A DNA stretch of 64,000 bases, taken from the human T2T-CHM13v2.0 reference genome, Homo sapiens. The notes beneath the pieces are model-generated. The model made no database searches and had not been told where the DNA came from. It saw only the letters and a list, made by a program, of their open reading frames with translations. The stretch's first letter is position 1. The number at the start of each line of letters is the position of its first letter. A program made the position numbers and the translations under genes. Location of the stretch: assembly GCF_009914755.1 (NCBI RefSeq), contig NC_060948.1; one strand, written 5' to 3'. Positions 51,201-63,200 of the stretch are shown here, in pieces.

Positions 51201-54200
51201 AGAGTTTTTTCCTTCAGATGTGTCCAGAGATTCTTCCTTCTGGCAGGTTCATGGTCTTGCTCACTTCAAGAATGGAACTGCAGACCCTTACGGTGAATTT
51301 TACAGCACTTAAAGTTGTTATGTCCAGAGTTTGTTCCTTCAGATGTGTCCATTTTCTTCCTTCTGGCTGGTTCATGGTCCTGCTCACTTCAAGTATGAAA
51401 TTGTAGACCTTTACGGTGAGTGTTACAGCACTGAAACATGTCATGTCCAGAGTTTGTTCCTTCAGATATGTCCAGAGTTTGTTCCTTCTGGCAGGTTCAT
51501 GGTCTTGCTCACTTCAAGAATGAAGCTGCGGACATTTAGGGTGAGTGTTACAGCACTTAAAGGTGTTATGTCCATAGTTTGTTCCTTCAGATGTGTCCAG
51601 TTTCTTTCTTCTGGCAGGTTCATGGTCTTGCTCACTTCAAGAATGAAGCTGCAGACCATACTGGTGAGTGTTACAGCACTTAAAGGTGTTATGTCCAGAG
51701 TTTTTTCCTACAGATGTCTCCAGAGTTTCTTCCTTCTGGCAGGTTCGTGGTCTTGTTCACTTCAAGAATGATGCTGCAGACCTTAGTGGTGAGTGTTACA
51801 GCACTAAAAGGTGTTATGTCCAGAGTTTGTTCCTGCAGAAATATCCAGAGTTTCTTCCTTCTGGCAGGTTTATGGTCTTGCTCACTTTAAGAATGAAGCT
51901 GCAGACCTTACTGGTGAGTGTTACAGCAGTTAAAGTTTTTATGTCCAGAGTTTGTTCCTTCAGATGTGTCCAGAGTTTCTTCCTTCTGGCAGGTTCATGG
52001 TCTTGCTCACTTCAAGAATGAAGCTGCAGACCTTAGTGGTGAGTGTTACAGCTCTTAAAGCTGTTATGTCCAGAGTTTTTTCATTCAGATGTCTCCAGAG
52101 TTTCTTCCTTCTGGCAGGTTCGTGGTCTTGCTCACTTCAAGAATGAAGCTGCAGACCTTACCGGTGAGGGTTACAGCACTTAAAGGTGTTATGTCCAGAG
52201 TTTGTTCCTTCAGATGTGTCCAGAGTTTCTTCCTTCTGACAGGTTCGTGGTCTTCCTCACTTCCTTAATGAAGCTGCAGACCATACTGGTGAGTGTTACA
52301 ACACTTAAAGCTGTTATGTCCAGAGATTGTTGCTTTAGATATGTCCAGAGTTTCTTCTTTCTGACAGTTTCATGGTCTTGCTCACTTCAAGTATGAAACT
52401 GCAGACCTTACTGGTGAGTGTTACAGCACTTAAAGGTGTTATTTCCAGAGTTTGTTCCTTCAGATATGTCCAGAGTTTCTTCCTTCTGGCAGGTTCATGG
52501 TCTTGCTCACTTCAAGAATGAAGCTGCAGACCTTTGCGGTGAGTGTTACAACACCTAAAGGTGTTATATCCAGAGATTGTTCCTTCAGATGTGTCCAGAG
52601 TTTCTTCCTTCTGTCCGGTTCACGGTCTTGCTCACTTCAAGAATGAAGCTGCAGACCTTACTGGTTAGTGTTACAGCACTTAAAGGTGTTATTTCCAGAG
52701 TTTGTTCCTTCAGATGTGTCCAGTTTCTTCCTTCTGGCAGGTTCATGGTCTTGCTCACTTCAAGAATAAAACTGTAGAACTTTACGGTTAGTGTTACAGC
52801 ACTGAAAGATGTTATGTCCAGAGTTTGTTCCTTCAGATGTGTCCAGAGTTTCTTCCATCTGGCAGGTTCATGTCCTTGCTCACTTCAAGAATGAAGCTGC
52901 AGAACTTAGTGGTGGGTTTTACAACACTTAAGGGTGTTATGTCCAGAGTTTGTTCCCTGAGATGTGTCCAGAGTTTCTTTCTTTTGGCAGGTTCATGGTC
53001 TTGCTCACTTTAGGATTGAAGCTGCAGACCTTTACCGTGAGTGTTACAGCACTTAACGGTATTATGTCCATAGTTTGTTCCTTCAGATGTGTCCCGAGTT
53101 TCTTCCTTCTGGCAGATTCATGGTCTTGGTAGCTTCAAGAATGAAGCTGCAGACCTTTACGGTGAGTGTTACAGCACTTAATGTTGTTATGTCCAGAGTT
53201 TGTTCCTTCAGATGTGTCCAGAGTTTCTTCCTTCTGGCAGGTTCATGGTCTTCCTCACTTCAACAATGAAGCTGCAGACCTTAGTGGTGAGCGTTACAGT
53301 AATTAAGTTGTTATGTCCAGAGTTTTTTCCTTCAGATGTGTCCAGAGCTTCTTCCTTCTGGCAGGTTCATGATCTTGCTCACTTCAAGAATGGAACTGCA
53401 GACCCTTACGGTGAGTTTTACAGCACTTAAAGTTGTTATGTCCAGAGTTTGTTCCTTCAGATGTGTCCATTTTCTTCCTTCTGGCTGGTTCATGGTCCTG
53501 CTCACTTCAAGAATGAAATTGTAGACCTTTACGGTGAGTGTTACATGACTGATACATGTCATGTCCAGAGTTTGTTCCTTCAGATATGTCCAGAGTTTCT
53601 TCCTTCTGGCAGGTTCATGGTCTTGCTCACTTCAAGAATGAAGCTGCGGACTTTAAGGGTGAGTGTTACAGCACTTAAAGGTGTTATGTCCAGAGTTTGT
53701 TCCTTCAGATGTGTCCAGAGTTTCTTTCTTCTGGCAGGTTCATGGTCTTGCTCACTTCAAGAATGACGCAGCAGACCTTTACGGTGAGTGTTACAGCATT
53801 TAAAGGTGTTATATCCAGAGTTTGTTCCTTCAGATGTGTGCAGAGTTTCTTCCTTCTGGCAGGTTCATGGTCTTGCTCACTTCAAGAATGAAGCTGCAGA
53901 TCTTTCTGGTGAGTTTTACAGCACTTAAAGGTGTTATGTCCAGAGTTTTTTCCTTCAGATGTGTCCAGAGTTTCTTCCTTCTGACAGGTCCATGGTGTTG
54001 CTAACTTCAAGAATGATGCTGCAGACCTTAGTGTTGAGTGTTACAGCACTTAAAGGTGTTATGTCCAGATTTTGTTCCATCAGATGTGTCTAGAGTTTCT
54101 TCCTTCTGGGAGGTTCATGGTCTTGCTCACTTCGAGAATGAAGCTGCATAATTTAGTGTTGAGTTTTACAGCACTTAAAGGTGTTAGGTCCAGAAGTTGT

Positions 54201-57200
54201 TCCTTCAGATGTGTCCAGAGGTTTTACTTCTGGCAGGTTCATGGTCTTGCTCACTTCAAGAATGAAGCTGCAGACCTTAGTGGTGAGCGTTACACCACTT
54301 AAGTTGTCATGTCCAGTGTTTCTTCCTTCAGATGTGTCCAGAGTTTCTTCCTTCTGGCAGGTTAATGGTCTTGCTCACTTCAAGAATGAAGCTCCAGTCC
54401 TTTACGGTGAGTGTTACAGCACTTAAAGGTGTTATGTCCAGAGTTTGTTTCTTCAGATGTGTGCAGAGTTTCTTCCTTCCGGCAGGTTCATAGTCTTCCT
54501 CACTTCAAGAATGACACTGCAGACCCTTACGATGAGTGTTACAGCACTTAAAGGTTTTATGTCCAGAGTTTGTTCCTTCAGATGTGTCCAGTTTGTTCCC
54601 TCTGGCAGGTTCATGGTCTTGCTTACTTCAAAATTGAAACTGTAGACCTTTACGGTTAGTGTTATAGCACTGAAAGATGTTATGTCCAGAGTTTGTTCCT
54701 TCAGATGTGTCCAGAGTTTCTTCCATCTGGCAGGTTCATGTCCTTGCTCACTTCAAGAATGAAGCTGCAGAACTTAGTGGTGAGTTTTACAGCACTTAAG
54801 GGTGTTATGTCCAGAATTTGTTCCCTCAGATGTGTCCAGAGTTTCTTTCTTTTGGCAGGTTCATGGTCTTGCTCACTTTAGGAATGAAGCTGCAGACCTT
54901 TACCGTGAGTGTTACAGCACTTAACGGTATTATGTCCATAGTTTGTTCCTTCAGATGTGTCCCGAGTTTCTTCCTTCTGGCAGATTCATTGTCTTGGTAG
55001 CTTCAAGAATGAAGCTACAGACCTTTACGGTGAGTGTTACAGCACTTAATGTTGTTATGTCCAGAGTTTGTTCCTTCAGATGTGTCCAGAGTTTCTTCCT
55101 TCTGGCAGGTTCATGGTCTTCCTCACTTCAACAATGAAGCTGCAGACCTTAGTGGTGAGCGTTACAGTAATTAAGTTGTTATGTCCAGGGTTTTTTCCTT
55201 CAGATGTGTCCAGAGTTTCTTCCTTCTGGCAGGTTCATGGTCTTGCTCACTTCAAGAATGGAACTGCAGACCATACTGGTGAGTGTTACAGCACTTAAAG
55301 GTGTTATGTCCAGAGTTTTTTCCTTCAGATATCTCCAGAGTTTCTTCCTTCTGGCAGGTTCGTGGTCTTGTTCATTTCAAGAATGGTGCTGCAGACCTTA
55401 GTGGTGAGTGTTACAGCAGTAAAAGGTGTTATGTCCAGAGTTTGTACCTGCAGAAATATCCAGAATTTCTTCCTTCTGGCAGGTTTATGGTCTTGCTCAC
55501 TTTAAGAATGAAGCTGCAGACCTTACTAGTGAGTGTTACAGCAGTTAAAGTTGTTATGTCCAGAGTTTGTTCCTTCAGATGTGTCCAGAGTTTCTTCCTT
55601 CTGGCAGGTTCATGGTCTTGCTCACTTCAAGAATGAAGCTGCAGACCTTAGTGGTGAGTGTTACAGCTCTTAAAGCTGTTATGTACAGAGTTTTTCCTTC
55701 AGATGTCTCCAGAGTTTCTTCCTTCTGGCAGGTTCGTGGTCTTGCTCACTTCAAGAATGAAGCTGCAGACCTTACCGGTGAGGGTTACAGCACTTAAAGG
55801 TGTTATGTCCAGAGTTTGTTCCTTCAGATGTGTCCAGAGTTTCTTCCTTCTGGCAGGTTCGTGGTCTTCCTCACTTCCTTAATGAAGCTGCAGACCATAC
55901 TGGTGAGTGTTACAACACTTAAAGCTATTATGTCCAGAGATTGTTGCTTTAGATATGTCCAGAGTTTCTTCCTTCTGACACTTTCATGGTCTTGCTCACT
56001 TCAAGAATGAAGCTGCAGACCTTACTGGTGAGTGTTACAGCACTTAAAGTTGTTATTTCCAGAGTTTCTTCCTTCAGATATGTCCAGAGTTTCTTCCTTC
56101 TGGCAGGTTCATGGTCTTGCTCACTTCAAGAATGAACCTGCAGACCTTTGCGGTGAGTGTTACAACACCTAAAGGTGTTATATCCAGAGATTGTTCCTTC
56201 AGATGTGTCCAGAGTTTCTTCCTTCTGTCAGGTTCACGGTCTTGCTCACTTCAAGAATGAAGCTGCAGACCTTACTGGTTAGTGTTACAGCACTTAAAGG
56301 TGTTATTTCCAGAGTTCGTTCCTTCAGATGTGTCCAGTTTCTTCCTTCTGGCAGGTTCATGGTTTGCTCACTTCAAGAATGAAACTGTAGAACTTTACGG
56401 TGAGTGTTACAGCAATGAAAGAGGCTATGTCCAGAGTTTTTTCCTTCAGATGTGTCCAGAGTTTCTTCCTTCTGGCAGGTACATGGTCTTGCTCACTTCA
56501 AGAATGAAGCTGCAGACCTTTACGGTGAGTGTTACAGCATTTAAAGGTTTTATGTCCAGAGTTTGTTCCATCAGATGAGTCTAGAGTTCCTTACTTCTGG
56601 GAGGTTCATGGACTTGCTCATTTCAAGAATGAAGCTGCAGACCTTTACGGTGAGTGTTATAGCACTTAAAGGTGTTATGTCCAGAGGTGGTTCCTTCAGA
56701 TGTTTCCAGAGTTTCTTCCTTCTGGCAGGTTCATGATCTTGCTCACTTCAAGAATGAAGCTGCAGAACTTTGTGGTGAGTTTTACAGCACTTAAAGGTGT
56801 TATGTCCAGAGTTTTTTCCTTCAGATGTGTCCAGAGTTTCTTCCTTCTGACAGGTCCATGGTGTTGCTAACTTCAAGAATGATGCTGCAGACTTTAGTGT
56901 TGAGTATTACAGCACTTAAAGGTGTTATGTCCAGATTTTGTTCCATCAGATGTGTCTAGAGTTTCTTCCTTCTGGAAGGTTCATGGTCTTGCTCACTTCG
57001 AGAATGAAGCTGCATACTTTAGTGGTGAGTTTCACAGCACTTAAAGGTGTTAGGTACAGAAGTTGTTCCTTCAGATGTGTCCAGAGTTTCTTCCTTCTGG
57101 CAGGTTCGTGGTCTTTCTCACTTCCTTAATGAAGCTGCAGACCATACTGGTGAGTGTTACAACACTTAAAGCTGTTATGTCCAGAGATTTTTGCTTTAGA

Positions 57201-60200
57201 TATGTCCAGAGTTTCTTCCTTCTGACAGTTTCATGGTCTTGCTCACTTCAAGAATGAAGCTGCAGACCTTACTGGTGAGTGTTACAGCACTTAAAGGTGT
57301 TATTTCCAGAGTTTGTTACTTCAGATATGTCCAGAGTTTCTTCCTTCTGGCAGGTTCATGGTCTTGCTCACTTCAAGAACGAAGCTGCAGACCTTTGCGG
57401 TGAGTGATACAACACCGAAAGGTGTTATATCCAGAGTTTGTTCCTTCAGATGTGTCCAGAGTTTCTTCCTTCTGTCAGGTTCACGGTCTTGCTCACTTCA
57501 AGAGTGAAGCTGCAGACCTTACTGGTTAGTGTTACAGCACTTAAAGGTGTTATTTCCAGAGTTTGTTCCTTCAGATGTGTCCAGAGTTTCTTCCTTCTGG
57601 CAGGTTCATGTTCTTGCTCCCTTCACGAATGAAGCTGCAGACCTTACTGTTGAGTGTTAAAGCACTGAACGGTGATATGTCCAGAATTTGTTCCTTCAGA
57701 TGTGTCCAGAGTTTCTTCCTTCTTGCAGATTCATGGTGTTGCTCACTTCAAGAATGAAGCTGCAGACCTTAGTGATGAGTGTTACAGCACTTTAAGGTGT
57801 TATGTCCAGAGTTTTTTCCTTCAGATGTGTCCAGCGTTTCTTCCTTCTGGCAGGTTCATCGTCTTGCTCACTTCAAGAATGAAGCTGCAGACCTTACTGT
57901 TGAGTGTTAAAGCACTTAAAGCTGTTATGTCCAGAGTTTGTTCCTTCAGATGTGTACAGAGTGTCTTGCTTCTGGCAGGTTCATGGTGTTGCTCACTTCC
58001 AGAATTAAGCTGCAGACCTTAGTGTTGAGTGTTACAGCACTTAATGCTGTTATGTCCAGAGTTTGTTCCTTCAGAAGTGTCCAGAGTTTCTTCCTTCTTG
58101 CAGGTTCGTGGTCTTGCTCAATTCCTTAATGAAGCTGCAGACCTTCCTGGTGAGTGTTACAGCACTTAAAGGTGTTATGTCCAGAGTTTTTTCCTTCAGA
58201 TGTCTCCAGAGTTTCTTCCTTCTGGCAGGTTCGTGGTCTTGTTCACTTCAAGAATGATGCTGCAGACCTTAGTGGTGAGTGTTACAGCACTAAAAGGTGT
58301 TATGTCCAGAGTTTGTTCCTGCAGAAATATCCAGAGTTTCTTCCTTCTGGCAGGTTTATGGTCTTGCTCAATTTAAGAATGAAGCTGCAGACCTTACTGG
58401 TGAGTGTTACAGCACTTTAAGGTGTTATGTCCAGAGTTTTTTCCTTCAGATGTGTCCAGAGTTTCTTCCTTCTGGCAGGTTCATGGTCTTGCTCACTTCA
58501 AGAATGAAGCTGCAGACCTTTGCGGTGAGTGTTGCAACTATTAAAGGTGTTATGTCCAGAGTTTGTTCCTTCAGATATGTCAAGAGTTTCTTCCTTCTGG
58601 CAGGTTCGTGGTCTTGCTCACTTCTTTAATGAAGCTGCAGACCTTACTGGTGAGTGTTATAGCACTTAAAGGTGTTATGTCCGGAGATTGTTCCTTCAGA
58701 TGTGTCCAGAGTTTCTTCCTTCTGGCAGGTTCCAGGATTGCTCACTTCAACAATGAAGCTTCAGACCTTACTGGTGAGTATTACGGCACTTAAATGTGTT
58801 ATGTCCGGAGTTTGTTCCTTCAGATGTGTCCAGAGTTTCTTCCTTCTGACAGGTTCCTGGCTTGCTCACTTCAAGAATGAAGCTGCAAACATTTGCGGTG
58901 AGTGTTGCAGCACTTAAAGTGTTATTTCCAGAGTTTGTTCCTTCAGATGTGTCCAGAGTTTCTTCCTTCTGGCAGGTACACGGTCTTGCGCACTTCAAGA
59001 ATGAAGCTGCAGACCTTACTGGTGAGTGTTACTGCACTTTAAGTTGTTATGTCCAGACTTTTTTCCTTCAGATCTGTCCAGAGTTTCTTCCTTCTGGCAG
59101 GTTCATGGTCTTGCTCACTTCAAGAATGAAGCTGCAGACCTTTGCGGTGAGTGTTGCAGCACTTAAAGGTGTTATGTCCAGAGTTTGTTCCTTCAGATGT
59201 GTCTAGAGTTTCTTCCTTCTGGCAGGTTCACGGTCTTGCTCACTTCACGAATGAAGCTGCAGACCTTACTGGTGAGTGTTACAGCACTTTAAAGTGTTAT
59301 GTCCAGAGTTTTTTCCTTCAGATTTGTCCACAGTTTCTTCCTACTGGCAGGTTCATGGTCTTGGTCACTTCAAGAATGAAGCTGCAGACCTTACTAGTGA
59401 GTGTTACAGCACTTAAAGGTGTTATTTCCATTGTTTGCTCCTTCAGATGTGTCCAGAGTTTCTGTCTTCTGGCAGGTTCATGGTCTTGCTCACTTCAAGA
59501 ATGAAGCTGCGGACCTTAGTGGTGAGTGTTACAGCACTTAAATGTGTTATACACACAGTTTTTTCCTTCAGATGTGTCCAGGGTTTCTGTCTTCTGGCAG
59601 GTCCATGGTCTTGCTCATTTAAAGAATGAAGCTGCAGACCTTAGTGGTGTGTGTTACAGCACTTAAATGTGTTATGTCCAGAATTTGTTCCTTCAGATAT
59701 GTCCAGAGTTTCTTCCTTCTTGCAGGTTCGTGGTCTTGCTGACTTCACTAATGAAGCTGCAGGCCTTACTGGTGAGTGTTACAACACTTAAAGGTGTCAT
59801 GTCCAGAGTTTGTTCCTTCAGATGTGTCCAGAGTTTCTTCCTTCTGGCAGTTTCGTGATCTTGCTCACTTCAAGAACGAAGCTGCAGACCTTAGTGGTGA
59901 ATGTTACAGCACTTAAAGGTGTTATGTCCAGAATTTTTTCCTTCAGATGTGTCCAGCGTTTCTTCCTTCTGGCAGGATTATGGTCTTGCACACTTCAAGA
60001 ATGAAGCTGCAGACCTTACTGTTCAGTTTTAAAGCACTTAAATGTGTTATGTCCAGAGTTTGTTCCTTCAGATGTGTCTAAAGTTTCTTCCTTCTGGCAG
60101 GTTCACGGTCTTGCCCACTTCAAGAATGAAGCTGCAGACCTTACTGGTGAGTGTTACAGCACTTTAAGTTGTTATGTCCAGAGTTTTTTCCTTCAGATGT

Positions 60201-63200
60201 GTCCAGAGTTTCTTCCTACTGGCAGTTTAATGGTCTTGGTCACTTCAAGAATGAAGGTGCACACCTCAGTGGTGCCTGTTACAGCACTTAAAAGTGTTAT
60301 GTCCAGCGTTTGATCCTTCAGATGTGTCCAGAGTTTCTTCCTTCCGGGAGGTTCGTGGTCTTGCTCACTTCAAGAATGAAGCTGCAGACCTTAGTGGTGA
60401 GTGTTAAAGCACTTAAAGGTGTTATGTCCGGAGTTTTTTCCTTCAGATGTGTCCAGAGTTTCTTCCTTCTGGGAGGTTCATGGTCTTGCTCACTTCAATA
60501 ATGAAGCTGCAGACCTTACTGTTGAGTGTTACAGCACTTAAAGGTGTTATGTAAAGAGTTTGTTCCTTCAGATGTGTCCAGAGTTTCTTCTTTCTGGCAG
60601 GTTCATGGTCTTGCTCACTTCAAGAATGAAGCTGCAGACCTTACTGGTGTGTGTTACAGCACTAAAGGTGTTATGTCCAGAGTTTGTTCCTTCAGATGTG
60701 TGCAGAGTTTCTTCCTTCTGACAGATTCATGGTCTTGCTCACTTCAAGAATGAAGCTGCAGACCTTACTGGTGAGTGTTACAGCACTTAAAGGTGTTATG
60801 TCCAGAGTTTGTTCCTTCAGTTGTTTCCAGAGTTTCTTCCTTCTGACAAGTTCGTGGTCTTGCTCACTACCTTAATGAAGCTGCAGACCTTACTGTTGAG
60901 TGTTACAGCACTTAAAGCTGTTATGTCCAGTGTTTGTTCCTTCAGATGTGTCCAGGGTTTCTGTCTTCTGGCAGGTTCATGGTCTTGCTCATTTCAAGAA
61001 TGAACCTGCAGACCTTACTGGTGAGTGTTACAGCACTTAAAGGTGTTATGTCCAGAGTTTGTTCCTTCAGATGTGTCCAGGGTTTCTGTCTTCTGGCAGG
61101 TACATGGTCTTGCTCTCTTCAAGAATGAAGCTGCCGAACTTAGTGGTGAGTGTTACAGCACTTAAAGGTCTTATGTCCAGAGTGTGTTCCTTCAGATGTG
61201 TCCAGACTTTCTTCCTTCTGGCAGGTTCATCGTGTTGCTCACTTCAACAATGAAGCTGCAGACCTTAGTGTTGAGTGTTACAGCACTTAAAGCTGTTATG
61301 TCCAGAGTTTGTTCCTTCAGAAGTGTCCAGAATGTCTTCCTTCTTGCAGGTTCGTGGTCTTGCACACTTCCTTAATGAAGCTGCAGACCTTACTGGTGAG
61401 TGTTACAGCACTTAAAGGTCTTAAGTCCAGAGTATGTTCCTTCAGATGTGTCCAGTGTTCCTTCCTTCTGGCAGGTTCATGGTCTTGCTCACTTCAAGAA
61501 TGAAGCTGCAGACCTTACTGGTGAGTGTTACAGCACTTAAAGGTGTTATGTCCAGAGTTTGTTCCTTCAAAGTTTTCCAGAGTTTCTTCCTTCTGACAGG
61601 TTCGTGGTCTTGCTCACTTCTTTAATGAAGCTGCAGACCTTACTGGTGAGAGTTACAGCACTTAAAGGTGTTATGTCCAGTGTTTGTTCCTTCAGATGTG
61701 TCCAGGGTTTCTGTCTTCTGGCAGGTTCATGGTCTTGCTCACTTCAAGAATGAACCTGCAGACCTTAGTCGTGAGTGTTACAGCACTTAAAGGTGTTATG
61801 TTCAGAGTTTTTTCCTTCAGATGTGTCCGGCGTTTCTTCCTTCTGGCAGGTTCATCGTCTTGCTCACTTCAAGAATGAAGCTGCAGACCTTACCTGTGAG
61901 GGTTACAGCACTTAAAGGTGTTATGTCCAGAGTTTGTTCCTTCAGATGTGTCCAGAGTTTCTTCCTTCTGGCAGGTTCATGGTGTTGCTCACTTCAAGAA
62001 TGAAGCTGCAGACCCTAGTGTTGAGTGTTACAGCACTTAAAGGTGTTATGTCCAGAGTTTTTTCCTTCAGATGTCTCCAGAGTTTCTTCCTTCTGGAAGG
62101 TTCGTGGTCTTGTTCACTTCAAGAATGATGCTGCAGACCTTAGTGGTGAGTGTTACAGCACTAAAAGGTGTTATGTCCAGAGTTTCTTCCTGCAGAAATA
62201 TCCAGAGTTTCTTCCTTCTGGCAGGTTTATGGTCTTGCTCACTTTAAGAATGAAGCTGCAGACCTTACTGGTGAGTGTTACAGCAGTTAAAGTTGTTATG
62301 TCCAGAGTTTGTTCCTTCAGATGTGTCCAGAGTTTCTTCCTTTTGGCAGGTTCAGGGTCTTGCTCACTTCAAGAATGAAGCTGCAGACCTTAGTGGTGAG
62401 TGTTACAGCTCTTAAAGCTGTTATGTCCAGAGTTTTTTCCTTCAGATGTGTCCAGAGTTTCTTCCTTCTGGCAGGTTCGTGGTCTTCCTCACTTCCTTAA
62501 TGAAGCTGCAGACCATACTGGTGAGTGTTACAACACTTAAAGCTGTTATGTCCAGAGATTTTTGCTTTACATATGTCCAGAGTTTCTTCCTTCTGACAGT
62601 TTCATGGTCTTGCTCACTTTATGAATGAAGCTGCAGACCTTACTGGTGAGTGTTACAGCACTTAAAGGTGTTATTTCCAGAGTTTGTTCCTTCAGATATG
62701 TCCAGAGTTTCTTCCTTCTGGCAGGTTCCTGGTCTTGCTCACTTCAAGAATGAAGCTGCAGACCTTTGCGGTGAGTGTTACAACACCTAAAGGTGTTATA
62801 TCCAGAGTTTCTTCCTTCAGATGTGTCCAGAGTTTCTTCCTTCTGTCAGGTTCACGGTCTTGCTCACTTCAAGAATGAAGCTGCAGACCTTACTGTTTAG
62901 TGTAACAGCACTTAAAGGTGTTATTTCCAGAGTTTGTTCCTTCAGATGTGTCCAGAGTTTCTTCCTTCTGGCAGGTTCATGTTATTGCTCCCTTCCCGAA
63001 TGAAGCTGCAGACCTTACTGTTGAGTGTTAAAGCACTGAACGGTGATATGTCCAGAGTTTGTTCCTTCAGATCTGTCCAGAGTTTCTTCTTCTTGCAGAT
63101 TCATGGTGTTGCTCACTTGAAGAATGAAGCTGCAGACCTTTGTGATGAGTGTTACAGCACTTTAAGATGTTATGTCCAGAGTTTTTTCCTTCAGATGTGT

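Noticed and set aside
28655-58998. Sporadic minus-strand ORFs suggesting an inversion or an antisense gene
   Set aside because: The + strand reads as the same monomer orientation at these positions; the ORFs arise from point changes that remove a stop or add a start.
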